Notes: generated from the letters alone by a model not told the origin. A stretch of DNA of 64,000 bases from Macrostomum lignano (GCA_002269645.1 NIVC01000016.1:682001-746000), one strand, 5' to 3'; positions 1-12,094 are shown, numbered from the stretch's first letter. Numbers and translations: made by a program.

Positions 1-243
1 AACATTCGAACTCGAGTCAGCAGCCAGATGGACATCGGTATGTCGAAGTGCGCCACCGTGTGCGTTGTGACCTGCGTCACGGTGACCTTGACGGTGTTGT
101 TCGGTCTCCTCTGCCTGCCTGCGCTACTCTGCTGGGTGCACAGGTACTCCATCGTGGTGCACACCTGCCCGGAGTGCAAACTGGAACTGGGCCGCTACAA
201 TCCGAGGTCACCTGCAGAGGGCGAAGCTGCGATCAACGAGTGA
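1..243 (+). CDS. 3' part of a LITAF-domain (zinc-ribbon membrane) protein; 5' end lies upstream of the window
   Basis: Frame is open from base 1 (NIRTRVSSQMDIG...). A hydrophobic Cys-rich stretch is followed by HTCPECKLELGRY, the C-terminal HxCPxC knuckle of LITAF domains. Stop at 241-243; AATAAA at ~437. Confidence 0.8.
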   Translation, partial: NIRTRVSSQMDIGMSKCATVCVVTCVTVTLTVLFGLLCLPALLCWVHRYSIVVHTCPECKLELGRYNPRSPAEGEAAINE

Positions 244-530
244 TTGCGAGACTGGGAATTGTCATTGTGCTGAAGAACTTTGAAAAGAAATTATTATTTG
301 GTTTAGGTGTAACTTCTCTGTCCATTGACCTGTTGGAAAATCAATTATTTGCAGCAAATTCATTTTCATATGCGAGACCATGGCTATAATCAATCGATTT
401 CAGAGGAGTTCGTTATTCTTTCATCTGGTATTGATAAATAAAAGGTGATACACGATGCTGAGAGATAATGTTATCGATTTTTAAGGGGGGGGGTTTATAA
501 ATCTCGAAATAGTTGAGATTATCAATGTCT

Positions 531-1085
531 AGAGAGTGAGATTTTATACTTCAATAGGCTGAGATTATCGATTTCTAGAGGGTGAGATTATCGATTTCTA
601 GAGGGTGAGACTATCGATTTCTAGAGGGTGAGATTATCGATTTTATAGGGTGAGATTATCGATTTCTAGAGGGTGAGATTATCGATTTCTAGAGGGTGAG
701 ATTATCGATTTCTAGAGGGTGAGATTATCGATTTCTAGAGGGTGAGATTATCGATTTCTAGAGGGTGAGATATCGAATTTCGAGAGGATGAAATTGTTGA
801 CTTCTCGAGGGTGAGATTATCGATTTCTAGAGGGTGAAATTATCGATTACTAGAGGGTGAGATTATCGATTTCTAGAGGGTGAAATTATCGATTGCTATA
901 AGGTGAGACTATCGATTTCTAGAGGGTTAAATTATCGATTGCTATAAGGTGAGATTATCGATTTCTAAAGGGATGAAATTATCGATTTCTAGCGGATGAA
1001 ATTATCGATTTCTAGGGCATGAAATTATCGATTTACAGAGTGTGAAATTATCGATTTATAGTGTGAAATTATCGATTTCTTGTGG
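531..1085. repeat. 23-bp minisatellite (GAGATTATCGATTTCTAGAGGGT), degenerate at the edges
   Basis: Direct tandem units visible between the LITAF and IRAK-like genes. Confidence 0.95.
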
Positions 1086-1486
1086 GTGAAAGCATCGTAT
1101 TTCATTAGGCTCAATACTTGAGAAGTTGCTGTTCCAAAAATGCAACGTCTACTCTTTGTAGCTGGCGTTTAAAACAAGCAAGAATCAACAGCCAAAAAAA
1201 CATTGGTTTGTCGTCTGCTTCTAAATTTTTACCAACCTTTGGCAAAGCACTCACAGGAAGCAACCCAGCCACCCCTGCTTGCTAATAAACTTAGCAGATG
1301 CACAGCCTGTGCGCAGTGCAGGGCGGGCAGTCAATGCACACCGCCAGCTGCACCCCACTGCACACTCTACCCCAGCTGTACAATACGCACAGGCCGCAGC
1401 ACTAAGACGGAAGGCGCAGGCAGTTCATTTCAGCCTTCATCTCAGCAGTGAATTCTCAGCTAACTGCAAGCATCGCAGAGGCCGTC

Positions 1487-4400
1487 ATGCCGCTCCGCCA
1501 GCCGCTGAACCTGCGCACCAGACTGCACCAGGTGCGAGCTCGCTACCCATCCACCTGGGCCATCCTGGGCCGCAAGCTGCAGCAAGGCGAATCTTGGCGA
1601 GCTCTGGTTGAAGACTACCTGGACTCTGAGGGCCGGCCTCTGTCAGCCGACCAGGCCCTGCTGGTCTGCCAGAGTCCTGGCGGAGAAGCCGCGGCCGCCC
1701 TGCTGCTGTGGGAGCGCAGCTGCAGCCTTGAAGAGCTGCTGGAGGTCCTGAGCCGTCGAGGACTTCGCGAAGCCGAGGCCTTCGTGCGGTCCAACCTGCT
1801 GAACCAGGCCTGGCAGCCTCCGCCCACGACTGCGGAGCCGCCCCCTCCGTCCCTTCCGCCCCGCCCCCGCCCCGCCCGCGCCTCCGCCTCCGCCTCCACC
1901 AGACGACTCGCCGCTGGAGTTCCCGGCGGAGCAGCTGCGGCGCGCCGTGGCCTGCGGCTCCCTGATCGGCTCGGGCGGCTTCGCCGAGGTCTTCCGGACG
2001 GCAGCGCTGGTCGAAGGCCGGCAGCACGCGGTGAAGGCCTACCGACCGGGCATCAGCGAGGAGGCGCGCCAGGCCATCCGCAGGTCGATCGGCGCCCTCA
2101 GCGGCCTGCGGCACCCGAGCATCGCTCGGCTGGTCGGCTTCGGCTACTCGCCCGCCGACGACCGCATGTACTCCGTGTTCGACTTCCACAGCAACGGCGA
2201 CCTCCGCCAGCTGCTCGACCGGTTCGCCGAGCCCCACAGCTGGTGGTCGTCGGCGGAGGCGGTGGCCAGCGGGTTTCACCTGGGCGGCACGCGGCTCCGC
2301 ATGGCAACCGACATCGCCTCGGCCGTGGAGTTCCTGCACGCCACCGAGGAGAAGTCGATGGCGCGAGACGAGCGGGCCGGCCTCCTCAGCTTCAGCTTCG
2401 TGCACAAGGATGTGAAACCCAGCAACATCCTGGTTGACGGCGACTGGCGCTGCCGCCTCGCCGACCTGGACTTCCTCGACCTGACCACCGCAGGGCTCGG
2501 CCAGACCGTCTGGGGTGAGCAGCGGGCCCAGCAGGTGGCCAGAGTGCACACGCTGGGCTACCGGCCGCCCGAAGACCGAGTCACCTGCAAGTGGGACGTC
2601 TTCAGCACCGGGGTCACCATCTTGGAGCTGCTCACCGGCCTGCGCGGCCAGCCCGCCAGCAGCGACACTCCGGAGGAGTCCTGGCTCTGCTGGGCCCTGG
2701 CCGACGGTCGGGCTCCGCCGCCTCAGCCGGGGCTGCGGCTGTCCGCAGGCCTGCACGCCCGCGTCTGCAGAGAAGCCGTGGCGCCCTGCCTGCTGCACAA
2801 CTTCGCCGAGAGGTGCACCGCCGCGGTGCTGCGGGGCCGCCTGCAGACGCTGCTGGCCGCGGCCGAGGCCGAGGACGGTGAGGCCGGGCTGCAGGAGTTC
2901 AGCTTCGCCGAGCTGGATGCCGCGGTCCGCCAGGTCGGCGAGGAGCTCGGAGCCGGCAGCTTCGGCCGCGTGTACCGGGTGAACCTGGCAGGGCGGCCGG
3001 TCGCCGTCAAGAAGCTGCTGCCCGACTCTGCGGGCATCCCGCTGGAGGCGCTGCGGCGCCAGGCGGGCCTCCGCCATCCCCGGCTGCTGTGGCTGCTCGG
3101 CTTCGCTCACCGCGGCGAGGCGGCGGGCGGCGACCTCCTGCTGGTCTACGAGCTGTGCGAGGCCGGCAACCTGCGGCAGCTGATTGACGACTTCGCCGCC
3201 GGCCGGGCGCCGCCAGCCTGCGAGTTCCAGCTGGCCGGAGTTCGAATCCGGATGGCGCACGAGCTGGCCAGCGCCCTGGACTACCTGCACAGCCGGCAGG
3301 AGGTCGAAGCCGCAGCGGCTGGCGACTGGCGCAGCTTCAGCCTGGCGCACCAGGATGTGAAGAGCACCAACGTGCTGCTCACTGCTGACTGGCACTGCAA
3401 GCTGGGCGACCTGGACAGCCTGCAGGTGCGTCTGGGGAGATCGGGGACAGCCTGCAGGTGCGTCTGGGGAGATCGGGGACAGCCTGCAGGTGCGTCTGGG
3501 GAGATCGGGGACAGCCTGCAGGTGCGTCTGGGGAGATCGGGGACAGCCTGCAGGTGTGTCTGGGGAGATCGGGGACAGCCTGCAGGTGTGTCTGGGGAGA
3601 TCGGAGACAGCCTGCAGGTGTGTCTGAGGAGATCGGGGACAGCCTGCAGGTGTGTCTGGGGAGATCGGGGACCGTCTGGGGAGATCGGGGACAGCCTGCA
3701 GGTGTGTCTGGGGAGATCGGGGACAGCCTGCAGGTGTGTCTGGGGAGATCGGAGACAGCCTGCAGGTGTGTCTGGGGAGATCGGGGACCGTCTGGGGAGA
3801 TCGGGGACAGCCTGCAGGTGTGTCTGGGGAGATCGGGGACAGCCTGCAGGTGTGTCTGGGGAGATCGGAGACAGCCTGCAGGTGTGTCTGGGGAGATCGG
3901 AGACAGCCTGCAGGTGTGTCTGGGGAGATCGGGGACCGTCTGGGGAGATCGGGGACAGCCTGCAGGTGTGTCTGGGGAGATCGGGGACAGCCTGCAGGTG
4001 TGTCTGGGGAGATCGGAGACAGCCTGCAGGTGTGTCTGGGGAGATCGGGGACAGCCTGCAGGTGTGTCTGGGGAGATCGGGGACAGCCTGCAGGTGTGTC
4101 TGGGGAGATCGCGGCTGCTCAGGCAACTGAGTTGAGGCTGCTCCGTCCTTTGAGTAGGGGCTGCTCTCCGTTCTCAGTCTCAGACTCTCCCTCCCTTCCT
4201 CCTCCCGCGCCAAGGATCACTGTAGTTTAACGCCAAGGACCACTGTAGTTTAACGCCAAGGACCACTGTAGTTTAACGCCAAGGACCACTGTAGTTTAAC
4301 GCCAAGGACCACTGTAGTTTAACGCCAAGGACCACTGTAGTTTAACGCCAAGGACCACTGTAGTTTAACGCCAAGGACCACTGTAGTTTAACGCCAACAA

Positions 4401-4902
4401 GGAGGGATGAATGATTCCAAATTGTCTCTAAGCAGCCTCATCACAGTCTCCATTCCTGCCCCATCAGACGGCCACCGCAGGATCGGGCCTCACGCGGATG
4501 GAAGACAGGCCGCAGTCCTCGCAGCCCAGAATCCGCTACTTCACCAATGGCTACTTCGTGCCGGGAGAACCGGACAGGCCAGGCGCACCTGGCGAGCTCC
4601 TGTCCTGCAAGGTGGACGTGTACGCCCTTGGCGTCACCCTGCTGGAGCTGTTCACCGGCCGGCGCGCCTCTGGCGGCGGTGAGCCCGAGCTGCGACTGAG
4701 CCTGCTGAGCGACTCGTCAGTGCAGCAGCCGCCGTCGCCGCAGGCAGGGCTGCTTATCAGCGACAGGTGCTATCTAGACCTGTGCGACAGGGTGTTCAGA
4801 CCGTGCCTGGCCCTGAACTCGGCTCAGCGACCGACTTCCACCAGAGTGCTGCAAGAACTCGACAGATTTTACAGCAGCTGCGAACCGGATCTGGAAAATT
4901 GA
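1487..4902 (+). CDS. IRAK/Pelle-like protein: N-terminal death domain, Pro linker, two tandem kinase domains
   Basis: ATG 1487 opens a helical death-domain-like region (W...L...W...CSLEELLEVL). A frameshift in the C-rich poly-Pro run at ~1860-1880 leads into kinase 1 (EFPAEQL, GSGGFAEV, AVK, HKDVKPSNIL, DLD, GYRPPE, DVFSTGVTILELLTG) and then kinase 2 (EFSFAEL, GAGSFGRV, VAVKKL, HQDVKSTNVL, DLD). A phase-0 intron 3426-4467 (CAG|GTGCGT ... CCATCAG|ACG) joins to exon 4468-4902 (DVYALGVTLLELFTG ... CLALNSAQRPT). Confidence 0.85.
3413..4110. repeat. 32-bp minisatellite (GGACAGCCTGCAGGTGTGTCTGGGGAGATCGG) starting inside the exon and filling the 5' part of the intron
   Basis: Period 32 (TGCAGG at 3421 and 3453); about 20 units, some with internal deletions. 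Confidence 0.95.
4210..4393. repeat. 23-bp near-perfect tandem repeat x8 (CCAAGGACCACTGTAGTTTAACG)
   Basis: Eight consecutive units in the IRAK-like intron. Confidence 0.95.
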
Positions 4903-5834
4903 GTGCAAAGCTGGGATTGCGCGCTTTGCTCTGATTTTTTTTAATTTGTCCCGATTCGATCAACACTTCGACTAGCTTTTAGTCTTGAGCTTCAAGAGTG
5001 TACCACAGGAAGACAAAAAATTGTTAACTTCTCGTGCATGTAGCCTTAGAAGTCTCAACACATTTTAAGCTATGAGACTAGACTTTGTAGTTTTTATATT
5101 TAACCACTATATACGCGCGCGTAGTAGAAAATAAAGAATCGTGCAGGTCCACTCCAAATAAAATTGCTCGTGCAGTTATGTGGAGGTATGCTGCGTTTTA
5201 ATATTTTTTTCGTTGATTCTGCCTTATCCATTGCAAAGACACACTCGTAAAAATTGACAGTATTTCTACGTTTTACTTCCATGTATGATAAAAAACTTAG
5301 GACATCCTGCTTACTGTTGTTGGTAGAAATTACTGATTGTGGGTAAAAATGGTTCTATGCTATAAAGGAATTAAAACTATTGAATTGAAAGATTTCTTTG
5401 AAAGAGAAATTTTAAAAATCTTTTTAAAAGTTCTTCAAGCAGATTTCACCTTGGCTCATTTTTAAAAACTTTTGGTATTTTGAAGTGTAAGTGCCGTGTT
5501 TAATATTTAAACTCAGTCAAATAGTTTTAACAATTGATATGATCGATTATTACGCCACGTTGCATGTGCAGCGTAGCAACACGGACAAAAAGCAGTCTCC
5601 TGCCCGACTCCTGGAAGGCATTCACCTCAGCGTCAATATAAGCAACAATTCTTTGCGTTATTTAGTTAGTAATATGTTTGTATTTTTGGGCATGCATTTT
5701 TGCAACTTAACCTTGGCTTGGCCCCTTGCTAGCCAACTATAGATTGGTTAGCTTGGCTAGGTGTTGTGCATGTACACTAGGCCTACACTACACAGTACAC
5801 CTTTTTTGTCTACGCAGCTGCTTAACTAGATGTA

Positions 5835-6714
5835 CTACACCATTTTACCCTCGATTTTGAACAAAGAGAACTTCGAAACTGACAAACTCCTCTTCAATAT
5901 TGACACTCTATGGTCGGGCACTCAAAATCTACAATCAATATTGACAGATCAAGCTTCAATTTTGACAAACTCTGGTTCAATTTTGACAATGCACGTTTAG
6001 TCAACTTCTCCTGGGAGAATTCGGTAACAAAGTAATCCAATGAAAGCCTGAATGGGGCTGAAGTGAGCTGTGCAAAATCAGCTTATTCTGACTTTGCTTT
6101 TTGGATCTACAAGTATTGATAAAATTTATTTTTCTCCATCCTTTAGACATACAGACTAAAATAGCCTGACTGGTTGGGCTGCAAAGTCTGATTCTATTTT
6201 GACAGAGTTGCTTCAAAACTGACACTCTATGGTTTGTGTACCCAAAAAGTCCGCTTCATTTTTGACAACTCCGAATCAATATTGAACAATTAACAATCAA
6301 TTTTGACTAAGACATTTTTTGAAATAGATTTTGACAATTTTTACTAAGATTTCTCTCTTGAGGAGGGGGGGTACTTGCTATTTGGGAGAAGGGGTACTGG
6401 CTGCATGTATCTACGAGTACATGTATGGGAATATTTTTATCCAAGGATGCAATTAAGTCAGAATAAGCTGATTTTGCACAGCTCACTTCAGCCCCGTTCA
6501 GGCTTTCATTAGATTACTTTGTTACCGAATTCTCCCAGGAGAAGTTGACTAAACGTGCATTGTCAAAATTGAACCAGAGTTTGTCAAAATTGAAGCTTGA
6601 TCTGTCAATATTGATTGTAGATTTTGAGTGTCCGACCATAGAGTGTCAATATTGAAGAGGAGTTTGTCAGTTTCGAAGTTCTCCTTGTTCAAAATTGAGG
6701 GTAAAATGGTGTAG
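5835..6714. mobile_element. Foldback/MITE-like element with ~260-bp inverted arms
   Basis: 5835-6094 (CTACACCATTTTACCC...TTCTGACTT) is the near-perfect reverse complement of 6455-6714, with only a few substitutions. Spacer is 360 bp, with no ORF and no clear TSD. Confidence 0.75.
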
Positions 6715-8290
6715 ACCCCTAAATGTTATCCATTTGTACAAACAAATCTATTATTATATTGACTATTGCCACTGACTGTCACCTGGATTGTTTGTTGCTG
6801 TATTATCTTGTTGCCAGTTTGACTAAAAGTTTATAGCATAGCCTAAGTCTTAGACTAGTATAAATGCTTTGAAGATAGTAATTATCATGGAAAATTTGTT
6901 TTTTTTTACTTCACAAACATTTATTTGTATTAGTAGGCCTATATATTAGGCCTAGGCAAAATAAGAATTATAAAAATAAAGTTAGGGGCCTACCAAAATG
7001 GAAATTAGCCTATTTTAATTTTTCAATCGCCAATTTGAATTACTAAAATTTCCATAATTTCAAGTTTTATTTATGTATTATATTATACAACTAAAATAAA
7101 TTTTAATTATAATTAATAATATTAATCAAGGTATAGACTATAGCAATCATATGTTTTAATAAATCCTAGGTTTTTAAAAAGGAAGTAATAATCCCCATGG
7201 GCCAATACTTCCAATTTCATTTGCATGGATGTTAGAAATTTTTACCTTATTTATAAGCCACAGCAGCTTATTGTAATAATAAGTGACTATTTTAATTTAA
7301 ACTATTTTCAATAAGCTGCCATAAGGATAGGCCTAAGCTAAAAATTATTGATACATCTCTATGAATAAAATTGGAATTATTGGCATAGGACTGTGGTGTA
7401 AGGATAAGCACTTCTTTTTGACAAAGTATTATTTATAATTAGGCCTGGTAGTTTTTTTTTAGTATAATTATAAAACCTTTTATATTTAATATTCATTTCA
7501 AAAACAAATTAGATATTTTAGAGTTGAAAAATTAATGATTTTTAATTAAATGATTTTTAAATAAATATAGACTCTTGGTTGAAAAAACTAGGCCTATGGT
7601 TTTAAATACACTTTTAATTTTTTTAAAGCAATTTTGACTTTATTTTTATGACTAACATTTTAATTACTTTGAAAATAGATATTACAATTAAAGTTTTTTG
7701 TTATAATGGCTTACATCTGTCTAAGGCATTTGAACAAATGAAGTTTCATTAACTGTTTATAGACTATATATATCTTAGTCTGTATCTTATATAATTGACA
7801 AGCATTATCTTATCAAAAAAATATTTAATATATGCATATGGTTAATATAGTCCTATATATTTAACATGAAAAAATATAATTTACATGCCCAATTGCTAGC
7901 CAATATAGCCACCATAAATTGTGGTAGACCAGAGGTAATTTGCAAAAATTCCTACCAAAAAGAATATAGATGTAGTACTAATTAGATCATAAGGCATTTA
8001 GCCTTGATAAGACAGTCATAGTTACTCCTGCATAATTACTCCATCATAGTTACTAATTTTGCTTTAGGTATTCTATATGTAAGTTGTATTTTTGGTCAAA
8101 AGGTAAGTTACATGGCCAGTGTAAATCAGTGGGATTGTGCATGTATCAAATAGAACCTTAAAATATTTAAATAAAATTGTATTATTAATATAGAAACCAA
8201 CCATCTATTCTTTATTTTAGAAGCTAGTATTAAAAATAATTCTTTATTTAAACTCAATTTCTTTTATTTTAGCCAAGTACATTGATCAAA

Positions 8291-9810
8291 ATGGACTACA
8301 ATATTGGTATTAATGGATGCAAACCAGCTTCTGCTCTCAATGGGCCACCATTCCAACAGTGCATTCTTGACTCAAAGGATGTTTCAAGGTAAGAAAAAAA
8401 TTGTATTTTTCTATGTTTACTTTTTATATCTTGATACTAACTATATTTTTAAAAATAATGTGTTAATCCTTATTACTAACAAGATAATAAGTAATAATTT
8501 TCATTATTTTTTAAACTTCTTTTAAATTTGTAATATTGATTCTGAATCTTTAGAAGTTAAAATTATAAGATATTTATCAATAGGCCTATTGATCCCATCT
8601 ATTATGGATGCTGATCCCTAAACCTAGAATACTGATAACTAATTCTAATAATCTCTAAGCCTTGGATACCAATACCCAAGTGTTAGATACTAGCCCCTAA
8701 TCCTATGATACTAATGCCTAACCCTAGCTTACAAATTTCTAATCCTAGAACACTGATCCCTAATCCTAGCATACAAATCCCTACTCCTAGGGCACTGATT
8801 GTTAATCCTAGGATATAAATCTCTAATCCTAGGACACTAATCCCTAATCCTAGCATACAAATCCCTAATCTTAGTTCATTAATCGCTAATCCTAGGACAC
8901 TAATCCCTAATGCTAGCATACGAATCTCTTATCCTCGGACACTAATCTCTAATCCTGGGACACTAATCCCTAATCCTACGACAGCAATCCCTAATCCTAG
9001 GACAATAATCCTTAATCCTTTAAGCTACTCCCTAATCTTAAATTACCGATCTCGAATGCCGCGACTGATCCCAAACCCCTCAATCGCAGAGCGGCCTGCC
9101 GATCCGACGGCACCGGTCGCCAGCGCCAGCCATCGGCGCCAAGCACCGCCGCGGAGGAGGCCGCCGACAGTGACTCCAGCGGCAGCCGAGTCCGGGTCCT
9201 GACGCCCAGCTGCCAGCTGTGCGAGCTGCACACTCTGCTGCGGGATCGCGACACCAGCCGGTCGGATTTCGTATTCTACGCTGACAGGCTGATTCGACTG
9301 CTGGTTGAGGAAGCGCTGAACTACCTGCCCTACCAGTCCCTGTCGGTGCTGACGCCAGGCGGGCATCCCTACGACGGCCTGCGCGCCTCCCGCGGCAGCT
9401 GCGGCATCAGCGTTATGCCGTCTGGCGAAGCGATGGAGAAAGGCCTGCGCGACTGTTGCCGGGCAATCCGCATCGGCAAGATGCTCATCCAGGGAGGCGA
9501 CTGCGCTGGCGGCGACTGCGCCGACGCACCGGAGCCGGTGTACGTCCGTCTGCCGCCTCGGGTGCACCAGCGTCGAGTCCTGCTGATGCAGCCAGTGCTT
9601 GGCGACGGCCGAGTTGCCACCAAAGCCCTGCAGCTGCTAACCGAGGATTATCAGGTGCCCGAGTCGAATCTGTTTCTGCTTAATCTGTTCTCAACTCGGC
9701 ACGGCTTAGACTCTGTGCTGTCGGAGTATCCGGACGTTCGGGTGCTCACTACCGAGGTGCACGATCTGGTGCCGTATCACTTCTGCGCCAGGTATTTCGG
9801 CATCGACTGA
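8291..9810 (+). CDS. UPRT: Uracil phosphoribosyltransferase homolog (metazoan UPRT type)
   Basis: Exons 8291-8388 (ATG...AG|GTAAGA) and 9090-9810 join in phase 2 (AGA). Motifs LRDRDTSRSDFVFYADRLIRLLVEEALN, GEAMEKGLRDCCRAIRIGKMLIQ and LTTEVH...RYFGID match the UPRT family, including the typical C-terminus. Confidence 0.9.
8680..9020. repeat. Degenerate CTAATCCCTAATCCTAG-type repeat in the UPRT intron
   Basis: Recurring CTAATC/CCTAG motifs with ~21-bp spacing. Confidence 0.8.
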
Positions 9811-10059
9811 ATGGATGTTTTACTCATTTTTTCAGATTTTAACCATCCTGCTTGAAGGTATTCTAAATTAAATTTATCGTCATGAGACTCTTTAATACTA
9901 ACCAGAATTTTGATCAAGTAAAGGATGTCTGGAACCTGTCATTTTTAAACTCGAACTCACTGGTTTCTGTATTCATATCCTTGTTGTTTTCTAACCTTTG
10001 ATGCAAGGATTTTTCAAACATATTTATGGATTTCTGTTTGATTCCTAATCCATAGCCTT

Positions 10060-10275
10060 CCAGATTATAATCCATGGATTTCAAAATCCGAATCTATGGA
10101 TTTTCATATTCTAATCCTTGGATTTCCAAATCCTAATCCATGGGTTTCCAAATCCTAATCCATTGGTTTCCAAATCCTAATCCACGGATTTCCAGATTCT
10201 AATCCATGGATTTCCAGATCCAATTCTTGGATTTCAAAATCCTAATCCATTGGTTTCCAAATCCGAATACAGGGA
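10060..10275. repeat. Degenerate ~22-bp tandem repeat (AATCCATGGATTTCCAAATCCT)
   Basis: Visible tandem units downstream of UPRT. Confidence 0.8.
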
Positions 10276-10854
10276 TTTATAAATTCCAATCAATTAATCC
10301 CTAGAGCAGCCCATAGATTGTAAGGGATATTGTTTTGTATTTATTTCAATGCTTGCATTGCCTTTTATTCATGATTTTTATATGACTATCCAGTTAACCT
10401 TATACCCATTATTTAACATTAACACATTTAAAAAAATTTAATGCCATAATTCACTGTTAATAATGTTGCCAATAGTATGTAGTGCTCATTATGTGCCCCT
10501 TTTTGACAAAATTTCGCTCATGACTTTGTCAATTGAGTTGGCTGTCGCTCTGTCAATGAGGTAAACTGCATCTGAACTTTGTACATAAAAACTATAGGGC
10601 AAAGTTTGGGATCAGAATAGTTTGTGGGATTTGTCAAAATATTTTTGTCACATTTTTATCCATTTTTTACTGGCTGCATTTTATCACACAAAACTTCAAA
10701 AACTGTATCGGCGTTTTAGGGCAATTTTTATCTTTTGTTTTATTGTTTGCCTTCTGTGTCATTGCAAACTTCGGGACTGCATCGCATCAACCATGTGACT
10801 TCATGAGTCCACGTCTCATTCCTCACCCCCATCGCGTCCATATTCTCACTTTCC

Positions 10855-11560
10855 AATTCTCTCTAGATCCTCATGCCCCAATTCTCATTATCTTCAGATC
10901 CCATCTCCAGATCCCCATTCCAAGACCCCCATTCCCCCTAGATCCCATTCCCCATATCCTCATTCCCTTCAGATCCCCATTCCAAGACCCCCATTCCTTC
11001 TAGATCCCATTCCCCAGATCCTCATTCCCTTTAGATCCCCATTCCAAGACCCCCATTCCTTCTAGATCCCATTCCCCAGATCCTCATTCCCTTCAGATCC
11101 CCATTCCAAGACCCCCATTCCTTCTAGATCCCATTCCCCAGATCCTCATTCCCTTTAGATCCCCATTCCAAGACCCCCATTCCCCATAGATCCCATTCCC
11201 CAGATCCTCATTCCCTTCAGATCCCCATTCCAAGACCCCCATTCCCCATAGATCCCATTCCCCAGATCCTCATTCCCTTCAGATCCCCATTCCAAGACCC
11301 CTATTCCCCATAGATCCCATTCCCCAGATCCTCATTCCCTTCAGATCCCCATTCCAAGACCCCCATTCCCCATAGATCCCCATTCCCTCTAGATCCCCAA
11401 TCCTTCCAGATCCCCATTCCAAGACCCCATTTCCCCCTCGATCCCCATTCCCCAGATCCTCATTCCCTTTAGACCCTCATTCCCTTTAGATCACCATCTT
11501 CAGATTCCAATTTCCAGATCCCCAATCCCTCCAGATCCCCATACCCTCCAGATCCCCATC
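10855..11560. repeat. 62-bp higher-order repeat made of four ~14-17-bp AGATCCCCATTCC-like subunits
   Basis: Period 62 (ATCCCC at 11221 and 11283); C-rich on the plus strand. Confidence 0.9.
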
Positions 11561-12094
11561 CTCTAATTCTCCCATCTGATCGGAGCTGCATGTAATTTAC
11601 TTCATTTTTTGTGTGTCCTTCTATCTGGCTTTCAACAACATATCGAGTGCCGCACTGTTCCCACGTCCAAAAAATTGTATTTTTTATCGCAAAATTTATC
11701 ACGAGAGTTCCCAAATCTGCTATACTATTTAAGCAATGGCCAAGACCATTTTTAATTGCGTTTTAGGCATCGATTGTATTTTGTTTATTTTTGATTGACC
11801 CTGATTGGCAAACTGGTGAACTTGATCTCTTAGACAACTTTTCCTAATGTACTCGTATTTTGCTACTTGTCAATCGCATCTGCATTGTGCTACCAATATA
11901 CATTTTGTTTGGCGAATTTTTTAAAAAAATTGACCTGATTTTATCATTTCGTATAAGGCATGAATTTCAGTGAAAATTATATGCTTGTAGTAATTCTCCT
12001 CCCTTTGTCCTCTGTTGACTTTCCCTTTATCCACATATCCATGCGCCACATCCCATGTCACTTATTTCCTTTCCTAATAACCCAATTTTTACCG

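Noticed and set aside
1849-1902. Possible GT-AG mini-intron to repair the IRAK frameshift
   Set aside because: 54 nt is a multiple of three, so it cannot change frame.
1485-3395. 636-aa minus-strand ORF and other short antisense ORFs
   Set aside because: Antisense shadow of the GC-rich kinase gene; no recognisable motifs.
3281-4230. Repeat-peptide ORFs (GRSGTACRCVWGD / PQTHLQAVPDL)
   Set aside because: Intronic 32-bp array; the kinase continues at 4468 via a phase-0 GT-AG intron.
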